DNA from: Acidimicrobiales bacterium
GTDB lineage: Bacteria; Actinomycetota; Acidimicrobiia; Acidimicrobiales; SZUA-35
Assembly: GCA_047974625.1 (NCBI GenBank)
Contig: JBKECK010000054.1
Coordinates: 148,687 to 212,686, forward strand
DNA length: 64,000 nt
Direction: 5' to 3'
The notes beneath the pieces are model-generated. The model was not told the DNA's origin and did not search any database. It worked only from the letters and a program-made list of their open reading frames with translations. Below are positions 18,307 to 27,188 of this stretch, in pieces. Positions within the stretch are counted from its first letter, which is position 1; each line of letters opens with the position of its first letter. The position numbers were made by a program, and so were the translations under genes.

Positions 18307-19752
18307 TCAGAGATCGTCGACGGGGCCAAAGTCCTCCCAGCGGGGCGCCACCTTCGGACGCGGGCGGGGCGCCGGGTACCGATCGGGCGTCGGGGCCCCG
18401 CCGGGGGCGGAAGCCGGGGCCGCGCCTGGAGTGGGCGTCCGGGCCGGGATCGGGGTCGGGAGCGGGGTCGGGGTCTCGCCCGGGACGGGATCCGAGGCCG
18501 GATGGGGCGGCTCGTCGCCGGTCGGGCGGAGCACCGCGGCTGCCAGGGCGGTGGTGATCGGCACGGCAGCCACGAGACCGATCGAGCCGCACAAGGTCCG
18601 TACGATCTCGAGCGCGATCAGCTCGGAGTTGGCCGCCTGGGCCAGCGTCTGATTGGAGACAGCGAACAGGAGCAGGAGGGGCATGCTGGCCCCGGCGTAG
18701 GCCAGGAGCAGGGTGTTCACCGTAGAGGCGATGTGGTCGCGGCCCACCCGGATACCGGAGGCCACCAGGTCGGGACCGGGCAGGCGGGGGTTGCGGTGCC
18801 GGAGTTCGGCCACGGTGGCCACCTGGGTCACGGTGACGTCATCGAGGGCGCCCAGGGTCCCGATCACTCCCCCGCCGAGGAGGAGGGCCCGGAGGTCGAG
18901 GTTCTCCGAGATAAACGGGAGCACCAGGGCCTGCTCGGTGGCCAGACCCGTGAACTGGGCGAAGTGGAAAAACAGCGACGACAGGGCCAGGGTGAGCGCC
19001 AGGGCGCCCAGGGTGCCGGCCAGGGCCACGGTGGTGGTCGGGGTGAACCCGTGGGTCAGGTACAAGCCGATGAAGGCGATCGCCGAGGCGGCCACCACCG
19101 CCACCAGTACCGGGTCGTTGCCGTCCAGCACCGAGGGGGCGATGAACCCGACCAGGACCACCAGGGTGGCCCCCATGGCGGCCAGGGCCAGCACCCCGCG
19201 GAGCCGACCAAGGGCGACCACCACGGCACCGAACATCACGGCGAGCCAGGCCAGCGGGGCCCGGCGATCCCGTTCGGCGAAGAAGTAGATCCCCGTCGAC
19301 TCCTGGAAGGCGAGGTACACCTGGTCGCCTGGAGTCTGGTCCGGGATGGCGTCGTAGGTGAGGTTGATCTCGGGCAGGGCCACGATGGCGCCGACGTCAG
19401 GGCCCTCGATCATGGTGAGGGTCATGGCCCGGCATTCCTGCGGATCCTCCACCGTGGAGTAGCTGCACCGGAAGTCCCGGACCTCCTCCACCGTGGCCAG
19501 GTACTGGACGGTCACCAGGCCCAGCTCGTCGGCGTTGGCGGTGGCGTCATCGTAGGCCGATCCGCTCGGCCACAGGGCGATCACGCCGACCAGGGTGGCC
19601 ACGGCGGTCAGCATCACGGCCCCCAGCACGAGCCGCAGGACACCGTTGTTGGCCCACACCGCCCAACCCCCCTCCAACCCATGGTCGTGGACGTGGGAAT
19701 GGCCGTGGGGTTCGGCGGGGGCAGCTTGGGACGGGCGATCGGAACTCCCCAC
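18307..19752 (-). CDS. YibE/F-family membrane protein with His-rich N-terminus and Pro-rich C-terminal tail
   Basis: N-terminal HGHSHVHDHG, a periplasmic-like domain, then a multi-TM YibE/F core. The C-terminus is a P/T/A-rich low-complexity region. Confidence 0.7.
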   Translation of the reverse strand: MGSSDRPSQAAPAEPHGHSHVHDHGLEGGWAVWANNGVLRLVLGAVMLTAVATLVGVIALWPSGSAYDDATANADELGLVTVQYLATVEEVRDFRCSYSTVEDPQECRAMTLTMIEGPDVGAIVALPEINLTYDAIPDQTPGDQVYLAFQESTGIYFFAERDRRAPLAWLAVMFGAVVVALGRLRGVLALAAMGATLVVLVGFIAPSVLDGNDPVLVAVVAASAIAFIGLYLTHGFTPTTTVALAGTLGALALTLALSSLFFHFAQFTGLATEQALVLPFISENLDLRALLLGGGVIGTLGALDDVTVTQVATVAELRHRNPRLPGPDLVASGIRVGRDHIASTVNTLLLAYAGASMPLLLLFAVSNQTLAQAANSELIALEIVRTLCGSIGLVAAVPITTALAAAVLRPTGDEPPHPASDPVPGETPTPLPTPIPARTPTPGAAPASAPGGAPTPDRYPAPRPRPKVAPRWEDFGPVDDL

Positions 19753-19805
19753 GCCCGGAAGGCTAACGACGCCGACTCGGCCCCGGCGCGACTACCGTCA
19801 GAATC

Positions 19806-20762
19806 GTGGACCGCGCCGAGCACCAACCAGACCGTGATCCTGACCACCGTGATCCTGACCACCGAGATCCTGACCACCGAGATCCTGACCACCGAGATCC
19901 TGACCACCGAGATCCTGACCACAAGGCCCGGGTCCGCCACCAGTTCGGCCGCAACGCCGCCGGTTACGCCACCAGCCCCACCCACGCCGGCGACGCCGAT
20001 CTCGACCTGATGGCCGACCTGCTCCAACCCGATGCCACCTTCGTCGTCCTCGACATCGCCACCGGGGCCGGCCATATGGCCCTGCGGGTGGCGCCGGAGG
20101 TCGCCGCCGTGGTGGCCGCCGATCTGGCCCCCGAGATGCTGGCCCAAGTCGAGGCCCTGACGGCCGAGCGGGGCATCACCAACATCACCACGAGCCGACA
20201 GGACGTGGAGCACCTCGACTTCGACGACGACCACTTCGATGCCGTGATCTGCCGGATCGCCCCCCACCACTTCACCGACATAGCCGCGGCGATGGGCCAG
20301 ATCGCCCGGGTCATCAAGCCCGGTGGAGTGTTCGTGCTCGAGGACAGCTGCTCCCCCGAGGAGCCGGAGCTGGCCGAGTTCATCAACCGGGTCGAGGCTC
20401 TGCGGGATCCCACCCACGTATGGTCCTATCCGGCGTCACGCTGGTCGGAGCTGTGCCACACGGCCGGGCTCGTGGTGGAGGCCGTCGACCGGTTCCCCAA
20501 ACGGCACCGGATCGAGGACTGGATGGAGCGTTCGGCAACCAGTCCGGACGTACGGGAACAGGTCCGGGCCGCCTTCCGAGCCGCGCCGGCGGCGGTCCGC
20601 GAACGGTTCGACATCACCTTCGACGAGCGCCCGGACACCGACGGCGACCCCTCCGGGCCCACCCCCCACGGTGGGGTCCCCGTGAGCTACCGCGACGAGA
20701 AGATCCTGCTCCGGGCCCGCAAACCGGGGGCGCCGACCCCGCCGGGCCCGCCCGGCCGCTGA
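19806..20762 (+). CDS. class I SAM-dependent methyltransferase with N-terminal (HRDPD)x6 repeat
   Basis: Motif I VLDIATGAGHMA and a Methyltransf_11-like core. The conserved pre-motif region (FGRNAAGYATSPTHA) has no in-frame start between it and the repeat, so the GTG at 19806 and the repeat appear to be translated. Confidence 0.75.
   Translation: MDRAEHQPDRDPDHRDPDHRDPDHRDPDHRDPDHRDPDHKARVRHQFGRNAAGYATSPTHAGDADLDLMADLLQPDATFVVLDIATGAGHMALRVAPEVAAVVAADLAPEMLAQVEALTAERGITNITTSRQDVEHLDFDDDHFDAVICRIAPHHFTDIAAAMGQIARVIKPGGVFVLEDSCSPEEPELAEFINRVEALRDPTHVWSYPASRWSELCHTAGLVVEAVDRFPKRHRIEDWMERSATSPDVREQVRAAFRAAPAAVRERFDITFDERPDTDGDPSGPTPHGGVPVSYRDEKILLRARKPGAPTPPGPPGR
19830..19922. repeat. 15-bp tandem repeat GACCACCGAGATCCT, about 6.2 copies
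   Basis: Read directly. The first two copies carry GT instead of GA. In frame with the methyltransferase it encodes DPDHR repeats. Every unit contains GATC. Confidence 0.9.
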
Positions 20763-20770
20763 TCGTCGGC

Positions 20771-21262
20771 TCAGCCCGACGTGGCCGACGGCGGGGGCAG
20801 GGTGGTGTCCGGTTCCGCCCCGGGACCCGCCACCGCCCGCACCGATCGGGCATCCAGCGGTTCACCACAACAGGAGCACACCGGGGTGGCTCGGGTGATC
20901 TGGCCGCAGGCCCGGTGCTCGATCATGACCGGTTCGTTACCTGGGCCCAGGATCCAGTCGTCGCCCCACTCCCGCAGGGCGGTCAGGACCGGCCAGAGGG
21001 CCAGGCCCTTCTCGGTGAGCACATAGTCGTAGCGGCGACGGCCCTCGTCGTAGGGGCGTCGTTCGAGCACCCCGGCGGCGACCAGCTTGTCCAGCCGGTC
21101 GGTGAGCACGTTGCGCGAGATCCCGAGACGGTCCACAAAGTCGTCGAACCGGTGGACCCCGAGGAAGCTGTCGCGCAGGATGAGCAACGTCCACCACTCG
21201 CCCACGATCTCCAACGACTGGGCGATGGCGCAGGGCATGTCGGCGAAGGAGACTTTTCGCAC
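20771..21262 (-). CDS. HxlR-family regulator with C-terminal Cys-rich extension (paralogue 2)
   Basis: CAIAQSLEIVGEWWTLLILRDSFLGVHRFDDFVDRLGI. Tail: WGDDWILGPGNEPVMIEHRACGQITRATPVCSCCGEPL. Confidence 0.85.
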   Translation of the reverse strand: MRKVSFADMPCAIAQSLEIVGEWWTLLILRDSFLGVHRFDDFVDRLGISRNVLTDRLDKLVAAGVLERRPYDEGRRRYDYVLTEKGLALWPVLTALREWGDDWILGPGNEPVMIEHRACGQITRATPVCSCCGEPLDARSVRAVAGPGAEPDTTLPPPSATSG

Positions 21263-21303
21263 ACCCCCAGCATAGAAGTTGCGTCAAGCAACCTACAGTC
21301 GTC

Positions 21304-22134
21304 ATGCTCAGTTGCATGACAGAACCCTTGACGGTTGGAACCGCCCGGTTCGACGCCACCGACCTGGTGGCCGTCCCCGGGCGGAGCGGCGAGTACACGG
21401 TCGACCTCGACGGGGCCTGGATGTCCCTGGTCGCCATCCACGGCGGCTACATGGTGGCCCTCGCCACCCGGGCGGCCGAGGCGGCTGTACCCGGCCGGGC
21501 CGTCCGCACCGTCGCCACCAGCTTCATTCGGCGCGGCAACCCGGGCCTGGCCCGGCTCGTGGTGGAGCCGGTCCGGCACGGCCGCACCATCGCCCAGGTG
21601 AAGGTCGACCTCGTACAGGACGACGACATCGTGTTGGGCTGCCGGATAACCATGGCCGACCCCGGGCTCCGGAGCGAGCCCCTGGACGACCCCTCCCCCC
21701 TGGCCCTGCCGCCGCCCAAAGCCTGCGTCACCGCCGTTCCCCCCAACGCCCCCAACCACTTCACCCGGGCCGAGGGCCTGCTCGACCCGTCCAGCACGCC
21801 GTTCTCCCAAGGGCCGGAGCTCGTCTCCCGCGGCTACATCCGGCCCCGGTTGGGTGAGCCCGACGCCGCCTGGCTGACCATGGCCTGCGATTGGTTCCCA
21901 CCCCCCGCCTTCGTCCGTCTCACCCCTCCGGTGGGCGGGGTCAGCGTGGACATGGTCACCCACATCCACCGGCCCAACACCCCACCGGGGGACTGGCTGG
22001 CCGGGTGGTTCGAGCTGGAGAGCGGGCACGACGGCCTGGCCGTCGAGCGGGGCCGCATCACCACCCTGGACGGGCGGCCCGTGGCCGAGTCGGTGCAGAC
22101 CCGCCTCCTGGTCGGCGAACGCCGCGTCGACTGA
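21304..22134 (+). CDS. acyl-CoA thioesterase-like (double hot-dog, TesB/4HBT_3-like) protein
   Basis: 276 aa with the typical HGGYMVALATRAA...RTVATSF... pattern of thioesterase-II-like proteins. Divergent from HxlR paralogue 2. Confidence 0.65.
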   Translation: MLSCMTEPLTVGTARFDATDLVAVPGRSGEYTVDLDGAWMSLVAIHGGYMVALATRAAEAAVPGRAVRTVATSFIRRGNPGLARLVVEPVRHGRTIAQVKVDLVQDDDIVLGCRITMADPGLRSEPLDDPSPLALPPPKACVTAVPPNAPNHFTRAEGLLDPSSTPFSQGPELVSRGYIRPRLGEPDAAWLTMACDWFPPPAFVRLTPPVGGVSVDMVTHIHRPNTPPGDWLAGWFELESGHDGLAVERGRITTLDGRPVAESVQTRLLVGERRVD

Positions 22135-22166
22135 GCCCGGGCCCCGGCTGCGGTATCGTCGGGATC

Positions 22167-22742
22167 GTGGACCCCAAGGTGGACGCGTACATCGGGCGAT
22201 CGGACAAGTGGCCCGCCGAGATGACCGCCCTGCGGCCGATCCTGCTCGACGCCGGACTCGACGAGGCAATCAAGTGGGGCAAGCCCTGTTTCAGCCACGA
22301 TGGCGCCAACATCGTGATCATGCAGGAGATGAAGAACTTCCTGTCGCTCATGTTCTTCAAGGGGGCGCTGCTGGCCGACCCGGCCGGCGTGCTCGTGGAA
22401 CAGGGCCCCAACTCCCGGTCCGCCCGGCGGATCGAGTTCACCTCGGTCGATGACGTCACCGGGCTGGCTGACACGGTGACCGCATACGTCACCGAGGCCA
22501 TCGCGGCCGAGGCAGCCGGGCTCGAGGTCGAACCTGCCCCCGAGGTCGAACTTGTCGACGAGCTCCAACGGCGCCTCGACGACGACCCCGCCTTCCGGGC
22601 CGCCTTCGAGGCACTCACCCCGGGCCGCCGACGGGAATACAACCTGCACTTCGCCAGCGCCAAGCAGGCCGCCACCCGGGCGGCCCGGGTGGAGAAGTAC
22701 GCTCCCCGGATCCTGGCCGGCAAGGGCTTCCGGGATCGCTGA
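22167..22742 (+). CDS. YdeI/DUF1801-family protein
   Basis: VDAYIGRSDKWPAEMTALRPILLDAGLDEAIKWGKPCF... (DUF1801-like), with a C-terminal YdeI-like PGRRREYNLHFASAKQAATRAARVEK. A GTG start at 22167 is chosen within the longer track ORF. Confidence 0.7.
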   Translation: MDPKVDAYIGRSDKWPAEMTALRPILLDAGLDEAIKWGKPCFSHDGANIVIMQEMKNFLSLMFFKGALLADPAGVLVEQGPNSRSARRIEFTSVDDVTGLADTVTAYVTEAIAAEAAGLEVEPAPEVELVDELQRRLDDDPAFRAAFEALTPGRRREYNLHFASAKQAATRAARVEKYAPRILAGKGFRDR

Positions 22743-22777
22743 CGGGCGCTGCGCCGGGGTCCGCTAAGGTCTCATGG

Positions 22778-23425
22778 GTGTCGAGGCCCGTTCCACCCAT
22801 TCGCCGACGTGTCCTGTTCCTACCCGGTTTCGGCGCCGGTGACGGTTCCACCACGGTGCTCCGGACGGCGATCGCCGCCCACGGCCACCGCGTCCATCGG
22901 TGGCGGGCCGGCCGCAACACCGGTCCCACCCCCGAGCTGATCGAGAGCCTCGAGACCCGGCTGCGGAGCATCGCCGCCCGCCCCGATCCGGCCCGTGGTG
23001 GTACGGATGGGGCCGCTGGCCGTGCCGATCCGACCCCGCCGGTGAAAAAAGTCACGATCGTCGGTTGGAGCCTCGGCGGGGTCTACGGCTGGATCCTGGC
23101 CGGCCGGTCGCCGGAACTGGTCGACCAGCTCATCACGCTGGGCAGCCCACTGCACCGGGGCCAGTTCGGGATGAAGACCCTGCCGATGCCGGTCACCTCG
23201 ATCTGGTCGAAGCAGGACGGCGTCGTGCCGTGGGAGTCCTCCCTCGTCAAAGGCGACCTCACCGAGAACATCGAGGTCTACGGAACCCACATAACGCTCG
23301 GTTTCGATCCCCTGGTCACCCACGCCATCGCGGACCGCCTGAACCAGCATCCGGACCATTGGCAGCCGTTCCGGCCACCCCGGTGGGCCCGGGAGGCCTA
23401 CCCCTCCCGACGCCGGGCCGGATAG
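22778..23425 (+). CDS. alpha/beta hydrolase
   Basis: Nucleophile elbow GWSLGG, with downstream Asp and His candidates. 215 aa. Confidence 0.65.
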   Translation: MSRPVPPIRRRVLFLPGFGAGDGSTTVLRTAIAAHGHRVHRWRAGRNTGPTPELIESLETRLRSIAARPDPARGGTDGAAGRADPTPPVKKVTIVGWSLGGVYGWILAGRSPELVDQLITLGSPLHRGQFGMKTLPMPVTSIWSKQDGVVPWESSLVKGDLTENIEVYGTHITLGFDPLVTHAIADRLNQHPDHWQPFRPPRWAREAYPSRRRAG

Positions 23426-23557
23426 GCGCCCACCAACCACGGTCCGTGGGCGGCCGACCCCGGGGATGGTCGCTGTTGTGTTACCGAACTGTTACTGTGC
23501 TTCGCGCTGTGTTCTGTCGGGGGCCTCGTCCCCAGAGCTGCAGGAGTTGGAGCCGGT

Positions 23558-24925
23558 ATGACAAGCACGACGTCCATCGATCCGATCGTCGACCCCGGTG
23601 GCACCGACCACGGGGACGCCCAAGTCCCGGAGGACGCCCAAGTCCCAGGGGACGCCCAAGTCCCAGAGGACGCCCAAGACCCGGAGGACGCCCAAGTCCC
23701 GCCGGACACCGGAGTCCCGGAGGACGGCGGCAACGGTCCCCGGATACCGGGCCGGGCCCGGTGGCTGGCCGCCCTGGCCCTCGTGGCCGTAGTGATGGTC
23801 GGCGGCGCCGTCTACTACTACCTCACCCGGCCCGTGCCGGTGGAGATGTCCGTCGACGGGGAGACGATCGCCCTCGAGACCCGGGCCGACACCGTGGCCG
23901 AGCTCCTGACCGAAAGGGAGATCACCACCACCCCCCAGGATCTGGTCACCCCGGGCCCCGACGAGGCGATCACCGAGGGGCAGACCATCGTCGTCAAGTA
24001 CGCCCGCCCGTTCACCGTGGTCATCGACGGTGAGGAGACCGAGCACACCACCACCGAGCTGACCGTCGGTGAGGCCCTCACCGCGGTTGACGCCCCCACC
24101 GAGGGCGCCGACGTCTCCCTAGCCCTCACCGACCGCCTGCCCCGCTCCGGGACGACGGTCGAGATCATCACCCCGAAGGCGGTCACGGTGAACGACGGGG
24201 GCACTCCCATCCCGGTCACCAGCAACGCCCGGACGGTCGGCGAAGTCCTCGACGCCCAGGGCATCGAGCTGTCGGGCACCGACGTCGTCGACCCGGCCCT
24301 GGACACCACCGTCACTCCGGACCTGACGATCGCCATTACCCGCATCCGGGTTGAGAACGAGGTCCGCACCGAACCCGTCACCCACGAAACTGTCGAGCAG
24401 AACGACCCCGACCGCACGGTCGGGACCCGCAAGGTGGTCACCGAGGGCGTCGACGGAACCAAGGACGTCACCTACGCCGTCACCTACACCAACGGTGAGG
24501 TCACGGCCGAGGAGGCCGTCGAATCCATCGTGACCCAGGAGGCCGTCACCGAGGTGGTGGCCGTAGGCACCAAACCCAAACCTGCGCCCGCCGCCCCCCA
24601 GGCCACCAGCACCGGTGGCAGCTCGAGCTCGTCCTCGTCGGAGAGCGCGCCCTCCTCGTCCGGGTCCGGGGACGGGGGAGGTTCCGCCGGTGGCCTGAAC
24701 TGGACCGCCCTGGCCAACTGCGAATCGAGCGGTAATCCGAGGGCGGTCAATCCGGCCGGCTACTACGGCCTCTACCAGTTCAGCCTGTCCACCTGGCGGT
24801 CGGTCGGCGGCACCGGCAACCCCGCCGACGCGCCGGCCTCGGAACAGACCCAACGGGCGCAGACCTTGTACAACCGGTCCGGGGCTGGCCAGTGGCCCCA
24901 CTGCGGTAAGTACCTGTTCCAGTAG
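23558..24925 (+). CDS. rpfB: resuscitation-promoting factor RpfB-like (DUF348 repeats, G5 domain, Rpf transglycosylase domain)
   Basis: The C-terminal Rpf catalytic domain is LNWTALANCESSGNPRAVNPAGYYGLYQFSLSTWRSVGG. It is preceded by a G5-like region and three DUF348-like repeats. One TM helix follows a repeat-containing N-terminal tail. Confidence 0.9.
   Translation: MTSTTSIDPIVDPGGTDHGDAQVPEDAQVPGDAQVPEDAQDPEDAQVPPDTGVPEDGGNGPRIPGRARWLAALALVAVVMVGGAVYYYLTRPVPVEMSVDGETIALETRADTVAELLTEREITTTPQDLVTPGPDEAITEGQTIVVKYARPFTVVIDGEETEHTTTELTVGEALTAVDAPTEGADVSLALTDRLPRSGTTVEIITPKAVTVNDGGTPIPVTSNARTVGEVLDAQGIELSGTDVVDPALDTTVTPDLTIAITRIRVENEVRTEPVTHETVEQNDPDRTVGTRKVVTEGVDGTKDVTYAVTYTNGEVTAEEAVESIVTQEAVTEVVAVGTKPKPAPAAPQATSTGGSSSSSSSESAPSSSGSGDGGGSAGGLNWTALANCESSGNPRAVNPAGYYGLYQFSLSTWRSVGGTGNPADAPASEQTQRAQTLYNRSGAGQWPHCGKYLFQ
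23615..23722. repeat. 18-bp tandem repeat GACGCCCAAGTCCCGGAG, about 6 copies (degenerating)
   Basis: Read directly inside the 5' end of rpfB. Encodes (DAQVPE)n. Confidence 0.85.
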
Positions 24926-24935
24926 TGGAGCCCGA

Positions 24936-24959
24936 CCCGGGGGTCCAATGGCCCCCGGG
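24936..24959 (+). terminator. GC-rich hairpin after rpfB (CCCGGGGG-N8-CCCCCGGG)
   Basis: 8-bp perfect GC stem starting about 10 nt after the rpfB TAG. No U-tract follows, so it is an I-shaped terminator candidate only. Confidence 0.45.
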
Positions 24960-25075
24960 CTCCGGCCGTACGGCCCGCCCCGCCGTGGGCCGGACGGCAC
25001 CAATCGTGTGCGCACGATTGCCCTAATCACCGGGATTCGCTTCTCGATCCGCTACGGGACCTTACGATCCCGGTC

Positions 25076-27175
25076 ATGTTGCGGCGGCTTGCAGTCTCGT
25101 TCCTCGGTCTCGTCGGGTTGATAACAGCGGTCGGTCAGCTGCCGGCCGGGGCGATCGGTGACACCGTCGTCATCTCCACCGCCGGCCGGTTCCTCGACCC
25201 GACCCGGACAATCGGGACCGACCTCCAGTGTGTGCGGTTCGGCACCGACGAAACGGGCTCCCCGGTTTACACGCCGGTGGTCCCAGCCGTTCAAGACCCG
25301 GTGGCCGGCACCAGCTCGGTGGCGGGCACCGGAAACCAGATCTTCCGCGAGGGGGTCCTGAACGAGGTCCGCTTCGGCGAGATCCCCCGGGCGGCCCGCG
25401 CCGCGGCCGCCGCCAACGGGACGACCTTGCCCCGGTGTCCCGACCAGTTCGACGGCCCCAACTACGCCGGGAGGAGCTGGGGTGGATCGGGGTTGGGCTA
25501 CCGGGGTGCCGCCGCCACCGGTGCGGTGGGGGCCTACCGCAACGTGGGTGAGCTCTTCCATTTCAACCGGTCCATCGAGAAGGGCATCCAGCAGGCCGAC
25601 CTCCAGATCAACTACTCGATCACCGTCGGGTCGAACTCGGTCGACTACCTGGCCGACTACCTGGTGACCCTGGAGGAAACCCCGGACGCCGTCGACCTGC
25701 CCCTCACACCGGCCAACGAGGCCGCCGCCCACACCTGCGCCTACCCGGACAACCCCGAAAATCACGACGTCCTCGGCCCCGGCGGCGTGGTGGTCGCCCG
25801 CGAATGCGCCGACCGGGTCACCGTTGGTTGGAGCCCCGGAGCGGACCCCACCAGCGTGAACGTCGGCGAGACGACCCTCCAGCTCGACCTGGCCGGCTTC
25901 GCCCCTATCGTCGACGGGGCCTGCGACGAGGCCAACATGGTGGAGGGCGTCACCGTGTTCACCCGCGAACAGGACACCAACGGGTTCTGCCTGCTGGCCC
26001 AGCTGGTTCCGGCCGGGATCACCCTCGACAACACGGTGGACGGTGCCGACGGTACCTTCCACTTCGAACTCACCGAGTACGGCCAGTCCCCCACTCTGGC
26101 CCGGTCCGACCACCACTACGACCTGGAGGTGACTACCGAGGGCGGTACCGGCACCACCAGCCGGGCGATCGAACCCGGCCTCTACCGTCTGGACGAGATC
26201 CTGCCGGATGGTTACGTGAACGAGATCTCGTGCACGGACCGCGGCCGGGACGTCACTGTCGTCATCGACGGTGACCGGTACGTCGACGCCGACTCCGGCC
26301 GCCAGGTCCGCTGTGCGGTCACCAACCACGAGGTGCCGGGGGTGGCCATCACCAAGACGGCGTCGGTGGACGCCGCCGCCGTTGGTGACCGGGTCGTCTA
26401 CATCCTGACGGCCACCAACACGGGCCGGGCCGCGGCCCCGGTCGTCGCCATCACCGATCCGGTCCCGGTGGACCTCATGGTCACCGACGTCCGGTCCGAA
26501 GGCGCCGACTGCTCGGCCGGCACCGGCACCGACGTGACGTGTGTGGCCGAGAACCTGGCGGCCGGCGGGTCCGTCGAGGTGACCGTGACCACCGTGGTCA
26601 CCGCGGCCGGAGGACCGACCGTCAACCAGGCCACGGTCGATCTATCCGGGCTCGGCGACCTGGCCGACCTGGTGGCCGCCACCGGCGCCGACCACGACAC
26701 GGCCTCGGCCACCGTGGACCTGGTGCCGCCGCCAGTGACCCCGGATCCCGGGATCGACCCGACACCCAACGGCCCGTCGGGTCCGCTCCCGTCCGCCCCG
26801 CTCCCCGAGCTCGCCGACGTGGCCATCCCGTTGCGCCCCGTTGCCTCCGGCCCGCTCCCGTTGCCCACCCTCCCCTCAGCCCCGGTCCCCACGGGCACTG
26901 CCCCGGTGCCGGCCGGCCCCTCCGTCCCGGGCCCCACGGGCGCCGTCTCGGTCACCACGGGCGCCGTCCCGGTGCCGGCCAGGGTGCCCGCCAACCGCGC
27001 CCCGGGCCTGATGGCCACCCTGCCCGCCAACCGCGCCCCGGGCCTGATGGCCACCCTGCCCCGCACGGGCGGATTCCCGGGCGAGTTGTTGGCCGCCATC
27101 GCCGTGGCTCTACTGGTCACCGGCGTCAGCCTGGTGGCAGGTCCCCGCCCCCGCCACCATCGCACCAGGCCGTAG
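25076..27175 (+). CDS. LPXTG-anchored cell-surface protein (SpaA/prealbumin-like and DUF11-like domains)
   Basis: N-terminal signal peptide. A DUF11-like repeat (ITKTASVDAAAVGDRVVYILTATNTG). A Pro-rich stalk. The C-terminal sorting signal is LPRTGG, a hydrophobic helix and a basic tail (RPRHHRTRP). Confidence 0.85.
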   Translation: MLRRLAVSFLGLVGLITAVGQLPAGAIGDTVVISTAGRFLDPTRTIGTDLQCVRFGTDETGSPVYTPVVPAVQDPVAGTSSVAGTGNQIFREGVLNEVRFGEIPRAARAAAAANGTTLPRCPDQFDGPNYAGRSWGGSGLGYRGAAATGAVGAYRNVGELFHFNRSIEKGIQQADLQINYSITVGSNSVDYLADYLVTLEETPDAVDLPLTPANEAAAHTCAYPDNPENHDVLGPGGVVVARECADRVTVGWSPGADPTSVNVGETTLQLDLAGFAPIVDGACDEANMVEGVTVFTREQDTNGFCLLAQLVPAGITLDNTVDGADGTFHFELTEYGQSPTLARSDHHYDLEVTTEGGTGTTSRAIEPGLYRLDEILPDGYVNEISCTDRGRDVTVVIDGDRYVDADSGRQVRCAVTNHEVPGVAITKTASVDAAAVGDRVVYILTATNTGRAAAPVVAITDPVPVDLMVTDVRSEGADCSAGTGTDVTCVAENLAAGGSVEVTVTTVVTAAGGPTVNQATVDLSGLGDLADLVAATGADHDTASATVDLVPPPVTPDPGIDPTPNGPSGPLPSAPLPELADVAIPLRPVASGPLPLPTLPSAPVPTGTAPVPAGPSVPGPTGAVSVTTGAVPVPARVPANRAPGLMATLPANRAPGLMATLPRTGGFPGELLAAIAVALLVTGVSLVAGPRPRHHRTRP
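26984..27055. repeat. 36-bp tandem duplication immediately 5' of the LPRTG codons
   Basis: (C/G)TGCCCGCCAACCGCGCCCCGGGCCTGATGGCCACC x2 encodes LPANRAPGLMAT twice, followed by LPRTGG. Confidence 0.85.
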
Positions 27176-27188
27176 TCGGCCCGGCGGA

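Noticed and set aside
19830-19922. Possibility that any of the tandem arrays is a CRISPR array.
   Set aside because: The units are contiguous with no unique spacers, the periods are only 9-36 bp, and no cas genes are present.
23426-23557. A c-di-AMP (ydaO-type) or other riboswitch upstream of the rpf gene, as known for some actinobacterial rpf genes.
   Set aside because: The leader is only about 130 bp. I could not find the conserved ydaO core segments, only a T/G-rich stretch with two GTTAC motifs and a short GGGG-N6-CCCC hairpin. A cmsearch run would be needed to be certain.
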